The notes beneath the pieces are model-generated. The model was not told where the DNA came from. It saw only the letters and a program-made list of their open reading frames with translations, and ran no database searches. Positions 8,110-17,900 of a stretch of 64,000 nucleotides of DNA are shown piece after piece (position 1 is the stretch's first letter; each line of letters begins with the position of its first letter). A program made the position numbers and the translations under genes. The DNA comes from Gemmatimonadota bacterium (lineage in GTDB: Bacteria > Gemmatimonadota > Gemmatimonadetes > Longimicrobiales > Gaopeijiaceae), in assembly GCA_022822445.1 (NCBI GenBank), contig JAJEBR010000054.1, forward strand, positions 65,015-129,014. The letters run 5' to 3'.

Positions 8110-9746
8110 CCCCGTCCGCCACCGGGCGTGAACCCGGAGGCGCGCCGGAAACGAGCGGCGCGGTCAAGAAGGGCGCCGCGGACGCAACCGGCGCCGCAGA
8201 CGCGACCGACGCTGCGCCTGCAACCGACTCTCCGCGCGCAACCGACGCCTGGGTCCTGCCTCCGGGCTTGCCCGCGCCGAGTGCCTGCGAGCAACTCCGC
8301 GCGGGCGACCTCCCCATCCGCCACCCCACCCGGGACGCGGTCGACCCGGGCGGGCTGATCACCGCGCTGCGCGATGCCCGGCGCGACCTTGCCGCAATCC
8401 CCACGGGCGAGATGGTGCGCATCCTGGGTGGCGCGGCCGAGACCCTCACCCGGGAACTCGGTCGCGCGGACGTCCTGGACATCGCCGCCAACGGCCGGCT
8501 CTCGGCGGAGATGGCGCGCGCGGTGGTGGATGGGATGGCCCCGTCGTGGACCACCGCCGCGCTCGACCGCCTGGTGCACGCCGAGTTCCCCGACCCGCGC
8601 GTGCTCGACGGCTTCGCGGCGGAGGCGCGCACGGGCGAGGAAGGCGGCACGGTGGCCGACGCTGGTGCGCGCACGGGAGACGAGGCCGCGCCGACCCGCC
8701 ACATTCGCGCGGCGGGCCCGCCCGTGACCCTGCACTTCGGCGCGGGGTCCGTCCCGGGGGTGACGGTCACGTCCATGATCAGGGCGCTGCTGGTGCGCTC
8801 GGCCGTGCTGGTCAAGCCCGGGGCCGGCGACATCGCGCTCACCGTGCGGTTCGCGTGGCTCCTCCACCGCGCCGACCCGCGTCTTGCCCGCGCGGTGGCC
8901 GTCCAGTACTGGCCGGGCGGATCCCCCGCGTGGGACGGGTGGGAGCGCGTCCTCTTGCGCGCCGCCGACCAGGTCGTCGTGTACGGCGGCGACGCCGCGA
9001 TCGAGGCCGTGCGTGCCCGCGCCCCAGCCACAGCCCGGTTGATCGAGCATCCCCACCGAATCGGCGTCGCGATCATCGGGGCGGAAGGGGCTGGTGGGGC
9101 GGTGGAGGCCGGTGCGTCAGTTGCCCAGGCCACCGCCCGCGCGGCCGCACTCTTCGAGCAGCGTGGCTGCGTCAGCACCCACCTCGTCTTCCACCTGGGC
9201 GGGAAAGCCGCGGCCCACGAGTTCTGTGCGGCACTGGCGGCGAGCCTCGCAGCCCTCGAAACCCGACTCCCCCCCGGTCCCCGTACTCCGGCGGAACTGT
9301 CGGCGCTTCATCAACTCCGCGGCCGCCTGGCCATGAAGGGTGCAACCCTGCGCCACGCGCCCACCGACGAGTCATCCCAGCCGACTCCACCAGCCCCCGA
9401 CGGGGACGCCTCCATCACACTCTGGCCCGCCACCTCCGGCGGCTGGTCCGTGGTCCTGTCCCCTGCGGATTCCTTCGAGCCGACGGGCAGCCGGACCGTC
9501 TGGATCGCCCCCGTCAGCAACCTGGCGGAGTTGCTGGAAACACTGGCCCCCCTGTCACCCGTCCTTCAGACCATCGGGCTGGCCGGGATCGACCGGGACC
9601 GCGCGGCATCGCTTGCCGAAGACCTCTTTGCGGTCGGCGCGACGAGAATCGTCCCCCTGGACCAGGTGCCCTTCCCGGACCCCGATTGGCTTCACGACGG
9701 CGCACGTCCGTTGCGGGAACTGGTGCGCTGGGGGGAACTGCGTTAG
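8106..9746 (+). CDS. luxC: Acyl-CoA reductase, LuxC family
   Basis: GTG 8106 overlaps the luxE stop (GTGA). TLHFGAGSVPGVTVTSMIRALLVRSAVLVKPGAGD and FEQRGCVSTHLVFH (active-site Cys context) match the LuxC family. Low-complexity Ala/Asp/Thr N-terminus. Confidence 0.7.
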   Translation: MTPSATGREPGGAPETSGAVKKGAADATGAADATDAAPATDSPRATDAWVLPPGLPAPSACEQLRAGDLPIRHPTRDAVDPGGLITALRDARRDLAAIPTGEMVRILGGAAETLTRELGRADVLDIAANGRLSAEMARAVVDGMAPSWTTAALDRLVHAEFPDPRVLDGFAAEARTGEEGGTVADAGARTGDEAAPTRHIRAAGPPVTLHFGAGSVPGVTVTSMIRALLVRSAVLVKPGAGDIALTVRFAWLLHRADPRLARAVAVQYWPGGSPAWDGWERVLLRAADQVVVYGGDAAIEAVRARAPATARLIEHPHRIGVAIIGAEGAGGAVEAGASVAQATARAAALFEQRGCVSTHLVFHLGGKAAAHEFCAALAASLAALETRLPPGPRTPAELSALHQLRGRLAMKGATLRHAPTDESSQPTPPAPDGDASITLWPATSGGWSVVLSPADSFEPTGSRTVWIAPVSNLAELLETLAPLSPVLQTIGLAGIDRDRAASLAEDLFAVGATRIVPLDQVPFPDPDWLHDGARPLRELVRWGELR

Positions 9747-9806
9747 CCAGGCCCAGCGGCCCGCGACAGGCTCGCCGCCGTTTGCCGGGTGGCTTATTCC
9801 ACTGCG

Positions 9807-9998
9807 CTAATCGTCCGATTCGGGTTCGTTTCGCCACATGACCAGCTGGCGGGTTCCCCTCGGCGTCTCCTCCACGCGAACCGTCAGTGTGTCACCCTTG
9901 CGGATTCCGCAATCGGAGCGAATTCCGAGGGGGATCGTCAGCCGCCCACCGGTCCCGACCGTCACGTCTCCGTAGTAGAGCGTTCGATAGATTGCCAC
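9807..9998 (-). CDS. AbrB/MazE/SpoVT-family DNA-binding protein (orphan antitoxin-like)
   Basis: GGRLTIPLGIRSDCGIRKGDTLTVRVEE matches the SpoVT-AbrB looped-hinge-helix pattern. GTG start preceded by AAGGAG at 5-nt spacing. No partner toxin ORF on either side. Confidence 0.6.
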   Translation of the reverse strand: MAIYRTLYYGDVTVGTGGRLTIPLGIRSDCGIRKGDTLTVRVEETPRGTRQLVMWRNEPESDD

Positions 9999-10040
9999 TC
10001 AAACTCCTTGTTGGTCACCGTCCCATGGGGCCCGTCGAAC

Positions 10041-10071
10041 CACAATATGGTCAAAACGCCCCGCACAATAT
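10041..10071 (-). promoter_or_regulatory. Direct repeat ATATTGTG x2 upstream of the AbrB-like gene
   Basis: CACAATAT at 10041-10048 and 10064-10071 (plus-strand reading), 43-73 nt upstream of the GTG start. AT-rich patch in GC-rich DNA. Confidence 0.35.
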
Positions 10072-10349
10072 AACAGAAGCGGGCGCGCTCGGACCCCCCG
10101 CCGTCCGTCCGGGTGTCGTTGGCCCCTTGGCCGGCCGTCCGGGCCTCTTTGGACTCCCCGTCGCCCCTCCGGGCCTCCGTGGACCCCCGCCGGCCGTACT
10201 GACTTCGTTGCCCCCCAACGGGCCACCCGGGCACACCACTCTGAACATTATCCGGCGACAAGTCGTACCTTCCAATGGCTTTCGAGACCGCCGCCGCCAG
10301 GCGCCGCGGTCCGGGTGAATCACCTCCCAGCACTGAAGGGGGCCGATAC

Positions 10350-11303
10350 GTGAACGACGCAGCAGTCCGGCTGTCGGGCGTCACCAAGTCGTTCGGGGCG
10401 CATACCGCAGTCTCCGAGTTCGACCTTGACATACCCCGGGGGACCATCCTGGGGCTCCTCGGGCCGAACGGATCGGGCAAGACGACCACGATCCGCATGA
10501 TCATGGCCATCCTCCTGCCGGACGCCGGTTCCGTCGAGCTGCTTGGCGGCTATCCCGACATGAAACGCAGGAGCCGCGTCGGGTATCTGCCCGAGGAACG
10601 GGGCGTCTACCCGAAGATGAAGGTGATCGAGCAGCTCGTCTTCCTCGGTGAACTGCGGGGTCTGTTGCGGAAGGATGCCCACCGAAGGGCGGCAGCGTGG
10701 CTGGATCGGCTGGGCCTCAAGGATTGGGCGGCGAAGAAGGTGCAGGATCTGTCGAAGGGGATGCAGCAGAAGGTCCAGTTCATCGGCACGATCCTTCACG
10801 ACCCGGACCTGCTCATCCTCGACGAACCCTTCAGCGGCCTCGACCCGATCAACCAGGACGTGCTGGAGTCGATCGTCCGCGAGGAGCGCGCGCGCGGGAA
10901 GACCATCCTCTTCTCCACCCACCTGATGGAACAGGCCGAACGGCTGTGCGAGCGCGTCTGCATGATCTCCCGGTCCCGCAAGGTGATCGACGGCGACCTC
11001 AGGGAGCTCAAGCGGCGGGAACGGACCGGCGCCGTGGCCGTCGAATTCGAGGGCGATGCGGGCTGGCTCGACCGGGCGGGGGTCGTCGAGCGCGAGGAGG
11101 TCGGCGACGCCTGGCACCTCCCCCCGAACCGGATTGCCCCCGATCAGCTGCTCGCCGCCGCCGTGCGGGAAGGCGTGAGCCTGCGGCGCTTCGAGGTGCT
11201 GGAGCCCCGCCTGCACGAGATCTTCGTGCGCCACGCGGGGGAGGACGCGGCGGAGGACGAGGGGATCAAACCGCCGACGGAGGCGAAGGGAGGCGTCCGA
11301 TGA
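10350..11303 (+). CDS. ABC transporter ATP-binding protein (ABC-2/NatA-like)
   Basis: Walker A GPNGSGKTT, signature LSKGMQQK, Walker B LLILDEP. GTG 10350 has an AAGGGGG SD-like motif upstream; ATG 10275 is an alternative start. Confidence 0.9.
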   Translation: MNDAAVRLSGVTKSFGAHTAVSEFDLDIPRGTILGLLGPNGSGKTTTIRMIMAILLPDAGSVELLGGYPDMKRRSRVGYLPEERGVYPKMKVIEQLVFLGELRGLLRKDAHRRAAAWLDRLGLKDWAAKKVQDLSKGMQQKVQFIGTILHDPDLLILDEPFSGLDPINQDVLESIVREERARGKTILFSTHLMEQAERLCERVCMISRSRKVIDGDLRELKRRERTGAVAVEFEGDAGWLDRAGVVEREEVGDAWHLPPNRIAPDQLLAAAVREGVSLRRFEVLEPRLHEIFVRHAGEDAAEDEGIKPPTEAKGGVR

Positions 11304-12559
11304 GGCAGATCTGGGTAGTGCTGCGGCGGGAGTACCTGGAGCGGGTCAAGACGAAGGGATTCATCATCGGCACGATCGCCATCCCGCTCCTCATGATCGG
11401 GCTGATGGCGCTCAACATCTTCATTGCGGTGCAGGCCGCGGGCTCCGACCGGGAGCTGGTCCTCGTGGACTTCACCGGGAGAATCGGCGAGGAGGTGGCC
11501 GGGCGGCTTGGCGAACTGGGCTACGATATCGAGGTGGCGGGACGGGAGACGAACCTGGAGGAGCTGGACCGCCAGGTCATCGAAGACGATCTGGAGGGCT
11601 ACCTGGTGCTGGACGACCTCACGCTCTCGGAGGGCCTGTTCGCCTACCGGGCCAAGGACTCGCCCGGCAGCACCCGCGTGGCGCTCTTCGAGTCGGCGGT
11701 GAACGACGTCGCGCTGGAGAACTACCTGGCGACGATCAGCACCGGGGAGTCGCTGCGGTCGCTCATCGAGGGCGGGCGGCTGGAGTTCGAGTCCGTCGTC
11801 GAGGTGGAGGACCAGGAGGAGGCCGAGGTGGCACGGGTCTCGGGGATGGCGTTCGGCTTCGGCGGAGCCATGTTCCTGTACATCGCGATGCTGCTCTACG
11901 GGACCTTCGTGCTCCGCTCCGTGCTCGACGAGAAGCGGAACCGGGTGGTGGAGGTGGTGGTCTCGTCGATCAGTCCGTGGCGGCTCCTGCTGGGGAAGGT
12001 CCTCGGGGTGGGGTCGATGGGGCTGACGCAGATGGGCATCTGGTTGGCCTGTGCGGGCCTGCTCCTGCTCGTCGCGGCGCCGATGGTCGCCACGCAGATC
12101 CCCGGAGCGGATCTTGCCCGCATCGCGGAGTTCGTGCCGGGGCCGGGTGTCATCCTGCTCCTCGCCGTCTTCTTCCTGCTGGGCTACTTCCTGTACGCGT
12201 CGCTGTTCGCCGCGGTCGGCGCCATGTGTGCCACCGAGGAGGAGGCGGGCCAGGTCCAGTTCCCGCTGATCATGCTTCTCATCATCCCCTTCGTCCTGCA
12301 GTCGGCCACCCTTGGCGGAGGCTCGATGAAATGGATGGACTGGGTGGCGCTCTTTCCGTTCTTCAGCCCGATCATGATGTTCCCGCGGGCGGTGGAAGGA
12401 GCGGTGCCCTGGTGGATGATCGGGCTGTCCATGGTCTTCATGGCGGCTGCCGTGGTGGGCACGTCGTGGGTGGCGGGCCGGATCTACCGCGTCGGGATTC
12501 TCATGCAGGGCAAGCGGCCCACGCTGCCCGAACTGATGAGGTGGATACGCGAGGCGTAG
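11300..12559 (+). CDS. ABC-2 type transporter permease (NatB-like)
   Basis: ATGA overlap with the ATPase stop. N-terminal TM, large extracytoplasmic loop, then 5-6 C-terminal TM segments. Confidence 0.8.
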   Translation: MRQIWVVLRREYLERVKTKGFIIGTIAIPLLMIGLMALNIFIAVQAAGSDRELVLVDFTGRIGEEVAGRLGELGYDIEVAGRETNLEELDRQVIEDDLEGYLVLDDLTLSEGLFAYRAKDSPGSTRVALFESAVNDVALENYLATISTGESLRSLIEGGRLEFESVVEVEDQEEAEVARVSGMAFGFGGAMFLYIAMLLYGTFVLRSVLDEKRNRVVEVVVSSISPWRLLLGKVLGVGSMGLTQMGIWLACAGLLLLVAAPMVATQIPGADLARIAEFVPGPGVILLLAVFFLLGYFLYASLFAAVGAMCATEEEAGQVQFPLIMLLIIPFVLQSATLGGGSMKWMDWVALFPFFSPIMMFPRAVEGAVPWWMIGLSMVFMAAAVVGTSWVAGRIYRVGILMQGKRPTLPELMRWIREA

Positions 12560-12670
12560 GAGTACGTGGAACGGGTCCCCGCGTCATTCCGGGCGGCGAT
12601 GCATCCGGACCTGGGCGCGGCGCCGGGACTGTCGGACCGGCGGATTATCGGACTGGCGGGAGCCCCGGAT

Positions 12671-13420
12671 TCAGCGGCTCGCGTCGCCCGTCACATGCAG
12701 CTCCACGAACCTGCGGATCAGTGCGTTGGCGCCGGGGGTTTCCTCCATCGTCCCGATTACTTCTCCCAGCGAGGCACCGGCGACCTCCTCCACGTACCTC
12801 GGGTAGGCGGAAAAGCGGGCGTGGATCCCCGCCACGTCCAGTTCGGGGTGGAACTGGGTGCAGTAGACCGGGGCGTCGTCGAAGCGGTAGGCCTGGTTGG
12901 CGACCCTGGCCGACGAGGCGAGCAGGGTGGTCCCGGGAGGCAGCGTCTCGACGATGTCCTCGTGGCCGAATTGCGCCTTGAAGGGGCTGCCCAGCGTACC
13001 CAGGAGCGCATCGGCCCGCCCGGCCGGGGTGAGCATGAGCTCGTGGGTGCCGAGTTCGGCGCGGCTGCGGTCCTGCACGACCTCGCCGCCCATCGCCACC
13101 GCCATCCCCTGAAAGCCCCAGCAGGAAGCGAAGGAAGGGACGCCCGACGCGTACACCTCGCGCAGGGAATCGAGCGCCCTCTCCATCCAGGGATCGGTGC
13201 TGGTGGCGGAATAGTCGCCGCTGCCGCCCAAGAGGACGAAGTCGACGCCGGCCAGGTCCCGCGCGGTCAGCGGTCGGTCGAGCAGGTCGAATATCGATAT
13301 GTCGACGGCCAGCGGCTTGAGGACGCGCAGGAAGGAGGTGATCTCGTGCGGTCCCATGGGGTCGTCGGGGTCGCGCACCTGGAGGAGCAGGCAGCGGAGA
13401 GGCTCGGCGAGCGTGGTCAT
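12671..13420 (-). CDS. Class I glutamine amidotransferase-like protein
   Basis: Nucleophile elbow SFASCWGFQG and CTQFHPE (His/Glu of the triad). Confidence 0.8.
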   Translation of the reverse strand: MTTLAEPLRCLLLQVRDPDDPMGPHEITSFLRVLKPLAVDISIFDLLDRPLTARDLAGVDFVLLGGSGDYSATSTDPWMERALDSLREVYASGVPSFASCWGFQGMAVAMGGEVVQDRSRAELGTHELMLTPAGRADALLGTLGSPFKAQFGHEDIVETLPPGTTLLASSARVANQAYRFDDAPVYCTQFHPELDVAGIHARFSAYPRYVEEVAGASLGEVIGTMEETPGANALIRRFVELHVTGDASR

Positions 13421-13505
13421 GGGGCCATGGGCGACTGTCCGGGGGTGCGAGTCCGGGCCGGGAGCGCGAGTCCGCGAGTTTGGGCGGCCCCGGACGATGG
13501 GGGGC

Positions 13506-13832
13506 TCAGGTCACCGAGCGCAACAGGCCGGCGAGGTGGTAGCGGTCGAGGGCGAGGGCGGCTTCGTGGGCTTCCTGCGGGGTGGATTCGATGATGATCA
13601 CGGTCGTGCGGACCGGCTCTTCGTGCTCGGCGCGGTCGGTGGGCACGTAGCAGAGACGCGCCCTGGACGATTCGGGATCCCCGGGTTCCTCCACGAACTC
13701 CAGGAACACCTCCCAGAAGCGCCCTTCGTGAGTGAAGGTGGTCAGGTGGATGCCGTGATCGGGGCCGTCTTCCCCGCCTTCGGGGGGGGTGCCCGAATGG
13801 GGCCGGTCGGGGGGCGGGAAGCCAGGCGTCAT
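13506..13832 (-). CDS. Hypothetical protein (108 aa)
   Basis: Track ORF, same strand and 85 nt upstream of the amidotransferase gene. No family recognised. Confidence 0.45.
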   Translation of the reverse strand: MTPGFPPPDRPHSGTPPEGGEDGPDHGIHLTTFTHEGRFWEVFLEFVEEPGDPESSRARLCYVPTDRAEHEEPVRTTVIIIESTPQEAHEAALALDRYHLAGLLRSVT

Positions 13833-13916
13833 GGTCTAACCGCCTGCGGAGCGGGTCCACGTTGCATTCGGCACGCGGTGTACCCGGGCTGGATCGCGAC
13901 GCTCGTGTAGGCGCGT

Positions 13917-13955
13917 TGTAATGAAAACATTACGAAATGTCATGTTTTCTTTACT
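13917..13955. promoter_or_regulatory. 39-bp bipartite palindromic element, copy B
   Basis: TGTAATGAAAACATTACG-aaa-TGTCATGTTTTCTTTACT. Lies 84 nt from the minus-strand start at 13832 and 359 nt from actA. Confidence 0.6.
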
Positions 13956-14214
13956 TTCCTGACTCCTGAGTCCCGTCTGCATTGTTCCTCGGACAAACTG
14001 CACCGCCATTTGCACCTCGTTGGGCCTCGCCCAGCCGACGCTCCGAGGTGCGACGCGGGGATTACCCACGGACAGTCTAGCGAACGGCGGGTGGCGGCGC
14101 ACCCCGCAGGGCTCGCCGCGGGCGTGATTTGCCGGCTCCGGTTCGAGGTCCGCAGGCCGGGCGATCGGGCGCGGGCGGGTCGTGTGGGGGGAGCCGCCGG
14201 GGGTTGCACTCGTG

Positions 14215-14243
14215 TTGACATCGCCGGAGGCGGCTCCTACCTT
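14215..14243 (+). promoter_or_regulatory. Putative sigma70-type promoter of the ACIII operon
   Basis: TTGACA (14215-14220), 17-nt spacer, TACCTT (14238-14243), about 70 nt upstream of actA. Confidence 0.4.
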
Positions 14244-14314
14244 GCGTCGGCTTTTTTGGCCAACCTACACGAACCTTCCATCTACGTTCAACCGGGCCCG
14301 GCGACGGGTTCTCG

Positions 14315-14887
14315 ATGCCTACCGCACTAATGAAGAGGTTGTGGCTGGTGGTCGGGGCGGGAGCGATTTCGGTCCTCCTGGGAATCGCCCTGATCGGCAG
14401 CCGGCAAGCCCCCGGCGAAGGCGAGGCCGTCCAGGCCGGCGCCTCCATGGAGCAGTCCCAACCGATCCAGTTCCCCCACGACACCCACGCGGGCCAGTTC
14501 CTGATCAACTGCCAGTACTGCCACTACTCGGCGGAGCGCTCGGTGGACGCGGGGATCCCTCCGGTCGAGACCTGCATCGGATGTCACCGCGAGGGGCTCA
14601 TCGACGGGAGGAACATTCCGGAGGAGATCGTGAAGGTCCGGGAGCACTACGATTCCGGCACCGCGATTCCGTGGCGGCGCATCTACAAGGTCTCCGATCA
14701 TGTGCACTTCCCGCACATGCGGCACGTCGCGGCCGGGGTCTCCTGCCAGACCTGCCATGGCCAGGTGCAGGAGATGGGCGTGCTTGAGGAGATGGCCCCG
14801 GAGGCGGGGAACCTGAAGATGGGTTGGTGCATTTCCTGTCACCTGGAGCGCGGGGCTTCCCGCGACTGCACGGTATGCCACTACTAG
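14315..14887 (+). CDS. actA: Alternative complex III subunit ActA (pentahaem cytochrome c)
   Basis: Five CxxCH motifs (CQYCH, CIGCH, CQTCH, CISCH, CTVCH), an N-terminal TM anchor, and first position in the act cluster. Confidence 0.85.
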   Translation: MPTALMKRLWLVVGAGAISVLLGIALIGSRQAPGEGEAVQAGASMEQSQPIQFPHDTHAGQFLINCQYCHYSAERSVDAGIPPVETCIGCHREGLIDGRNIPEEIVKVREHYDSGTAIPWRRIYKVSDHVHFPHMRHVAAGVSCQTCHGQVQEMGVLEEMAPEAGNLKMGWCISCHLERGASRDCTVCHY

Positions 14888-14978
14888 CAGCGGCTGGAAT
14901 CGGTCCGCGCCGCATTGGGCCGAATGCTGGTGGCCGCGCGTTCCGCCACATGGGGCCGGCGGCGGGGGCGGCAATCCG

Positions 14979-17900
14979 ATGAGCGGCGGTTTCGAGCGGC
15001 GCGAATTCCTGAAGGTGATCGGCGTGACCGGTGCAGGTGCCGCCGTCACGGGGTGCCGCACCGACGAGGTTGAGCGCCTGATTCCCTATGTGACGCCACC
15101 GGAGGAGATCACCCCCGGTGTGGCGACCTGGTACGCGTCGACCTGCGGGGAATGTGCGAGCGGGTGCGGGATCCGGGTGCGGACGCGGGAGGGACGGGTG
15201 GTGATGGTCGAGGGCAACCCCGATCATCCGGTGTCCGCGGGCGGGCTCTGCTCCCGTGGCGTGTCGGCGCTGCAGGGGCTCTACAACGCGGACAGGATTG
15301 CCACGCCGTTGCGCGCCACCGGAGACGGTGGCTTCGAGGCGGTCGGCTGGGACGAGGCGCTGGATCTCCTGGCCAGCCGGCTGGGGGGGGGCGGGCGGTC
15401 CCTGTTCCTGACCGGGGCCAAGGGGCCCACCGAGTCCATGCTTCTGGACGGGTTCGTGGAGGCGGTGGGCGGGCAGCGCGTGGTCTACGACGCCCTCGAC
15501 GATACGGCACTGCGGACCGCGGTCGAAATCGCCTTCGGGGTGAACGTGCTGCCGCGCTACGAGATCGCCGCGGCTCGCTTCCTGGTGTCTTTCGGCGCCG
15601 ACTTCCTTGAGACGTGGCTGTCGCCGGTGAAGTTCGCGGCCGACTTCGCGCAGATGCACGGGGTCGAGAACGGCGAGAAGGGGCGCTTCGCATTCGTGGG
15701 TCCGCGCCTGTCGCTCACCGGCCAGAACGCGGACGAATGGATCCCGGCGCGGGCCGGTTCCGAAACCGCCATCGCGCTGGCGGTCGCCGGGGAGCTGGTG
15801 CGGCGCGGCGGGGACGCGGGCCCGTACAACGATGTGGTCTCCGGCTACAGCCTCGAGGACGCGGCCGCGGCGGCCGGGGTGGAGCCCGAGGCGCTCTCCG
15901 CGCTCGCCGATCACTTCGCCGGTGGTGACGCGCTGGCGCTCGGGCCGGGCCTGGCGGGCAGCCACCAGGCGGCGACGGCGGCCAACCTGGCCGTGCTGAT
16001 CCTGAACGCGGCGGCGGGCAGCCTCGGCAACACGATGCACATCGACGCCGCGCCCGCTGGGGATGCGTCGTCCTACGGCGACCTGGCCGGCGCGATCGCG
16101 CAGATGGGCGCGGGCAGCTACGGCGTGGCGGTGGTGTCGGGCGCGAACCCCGCCTACACCCTGCCCCCCGCCGCCGCGTTCGGCGACGCCTTCGGCGCGG
16201 TGCCCTTCAAGGTCGCCTTCGCCACGGCCATGGACGAGACGGCCGCGATGGCCGACCTCGTGCTGCCCGACGCGCACCCGCTCGAGTCCTGGGGCGACAG
16301 CCGACCCTCGCCGGGGACCTATGCGGTGCGGCAGCCCGCCATGCGCCCGGTGCCGCTCTTCGACTCGCGCCCCATGGCCGACGTGCTCCTGGACACCGGA
16401 CAACGGCTGGGCCACGACTTCGGCGCCGCCACCTTCCGTGACTACCTGCGGGGTGCCTTCGACCGGTGGCTCGCGGAAGACGGAATGCGCGCCGGGCTGG
16501 CGGGCGACCCGAACCGGCTCTGGCGGGTCGCGCTGCGGACGGGGTCGGTGTCCCACGTCGATCTTTCGGACAAGATCACCGCGCTCCAACCCCCAGTCAC
16601 CGCGGTGGACTTCGACGCGGCTGGCGTCGCGGGCGGCGGAGCGGCCGGTGACGACGAGCTGACGCTGCTGGTCTACCCTTCACCCAGATTCGGCGACGGC
16701 ACCCACGCGAACCGTCCCTGGCTGCAGGAGCTGCCCGACCCCGTCTCGAAGGTGATGTGGCACTCCTGGGTCGAGATGAACCCGGCCACCGCCGATCGGC
16801 TCGGCCTGCGGCAGGGCGATATCGTGAGCGTGGCGACCCCGGAGGGTTCGGTCGAGGTCCCGGTGTGGGCCTATCCGGGCATCCGCGAGGATGTGGTGGC
16901 GATCGCGATGGGCGGGGGCCACACGGACTACGGGCAGTTCGCCAACGGCAAGGGCGTCAACCCGATGGGGCTCCTCGCCGGCGACGTGGACGGGGACTCG
17001 GGTGCGCTTTCCCTGCTGGCGGCCGGTGTAACGATCACCGCGACCGGAGCCTGGCAGCGGCTGGTCACGAACGAGGGATCCAGCGACCAGGACGACCGCA
17101 ACGTCGCCCCGGCAATCGCGCTGTCGGCGCTTGGCCACGCCCCGGAGGAGGAGGAGCACGCCGAGGATGGACACGGCCAGCTCCGCGAGCTGCAGGAGAT
17201 GGGCGGATTCCGGCCGGTCGACACCGAGGGCCGCGCGGAGGACTTTCCCCTTCCCGGCTCCGACTTCGGGCCCTACGACGAAAACCAGCCGCGCTGGGCC
17301 ATGGCGATGGACCTGGACAAGTGCACCGGGTGCAGCGCCTGCATCACCGCCTGCCAGGCCGAGAACAACATCCCCTGGGTGCACGAGAACCAGGCGGCGA
17401 TCGGCCGGGAGATGCACTGGCTGCGGCTGGAGCGGTACTACGAGACGGTCGACGCGTCGCATTCGGGCCCGGTGGACATCCGCTTCCTGCCGATGCTCTG
17501 CCAGCACTGCAACAACGCGCCCTGCGAGCCGGTCTGCCCCGTCTTCGCGGCCTACCACACCCCGGACGGGCTGAACGCGCAGGCGTACAACCGCTGCGTG
17601 GGCACGCGCTACTGCGCCAACAACTGCCCGTACAAGGTCCGCGTCTTCAACTGGTACCGGTACACACAGGATCCCGCGGATGGGGGGAACATCCCGGAAC
17701 CGATGAACTGGCAGTTCAACCCGGATGTGACGGTGCGCAACAACGGCGTCATGGAGAAGTGCACCTTCTGCGTGCAGCGGATCCGCGAGGCCCAGAACCG
17801 CGCCGCCGTCGAAGAGCGCGAAGTGCGCGACGGCGAGGTCCACACGGCCTGCCAGAGCGTCTGTCCCGCGGACGTCATCACCTTCGGGAACATCCGGGAC

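Noticed and set aside
10080-10210. Weak roughly 22-24-nt repeats (CCGTCCGGGCCTC-like) in the 350-bp gap upstream of the ABC ATPase gene.
   Set aside because: The copies are too degenerate to distinguish from GC-rich low-complexity sequence, and phasing is inconsistent.
12566-13594. 342-aa plus-strand ORF.
   Set aside because: It is antisense to the class I glutamine amidotransferase gene, which has a clear Cys-His-Glu triad context, and it has no motifs of its own.
14120-14150. tRNA T-arm-like string GGTTCGAGGTCC.
   Set aside because: It has an extra base relative to the GGTTCGAnTCC consensus. No acceptor, D or anticodon stems can be drawn around it.
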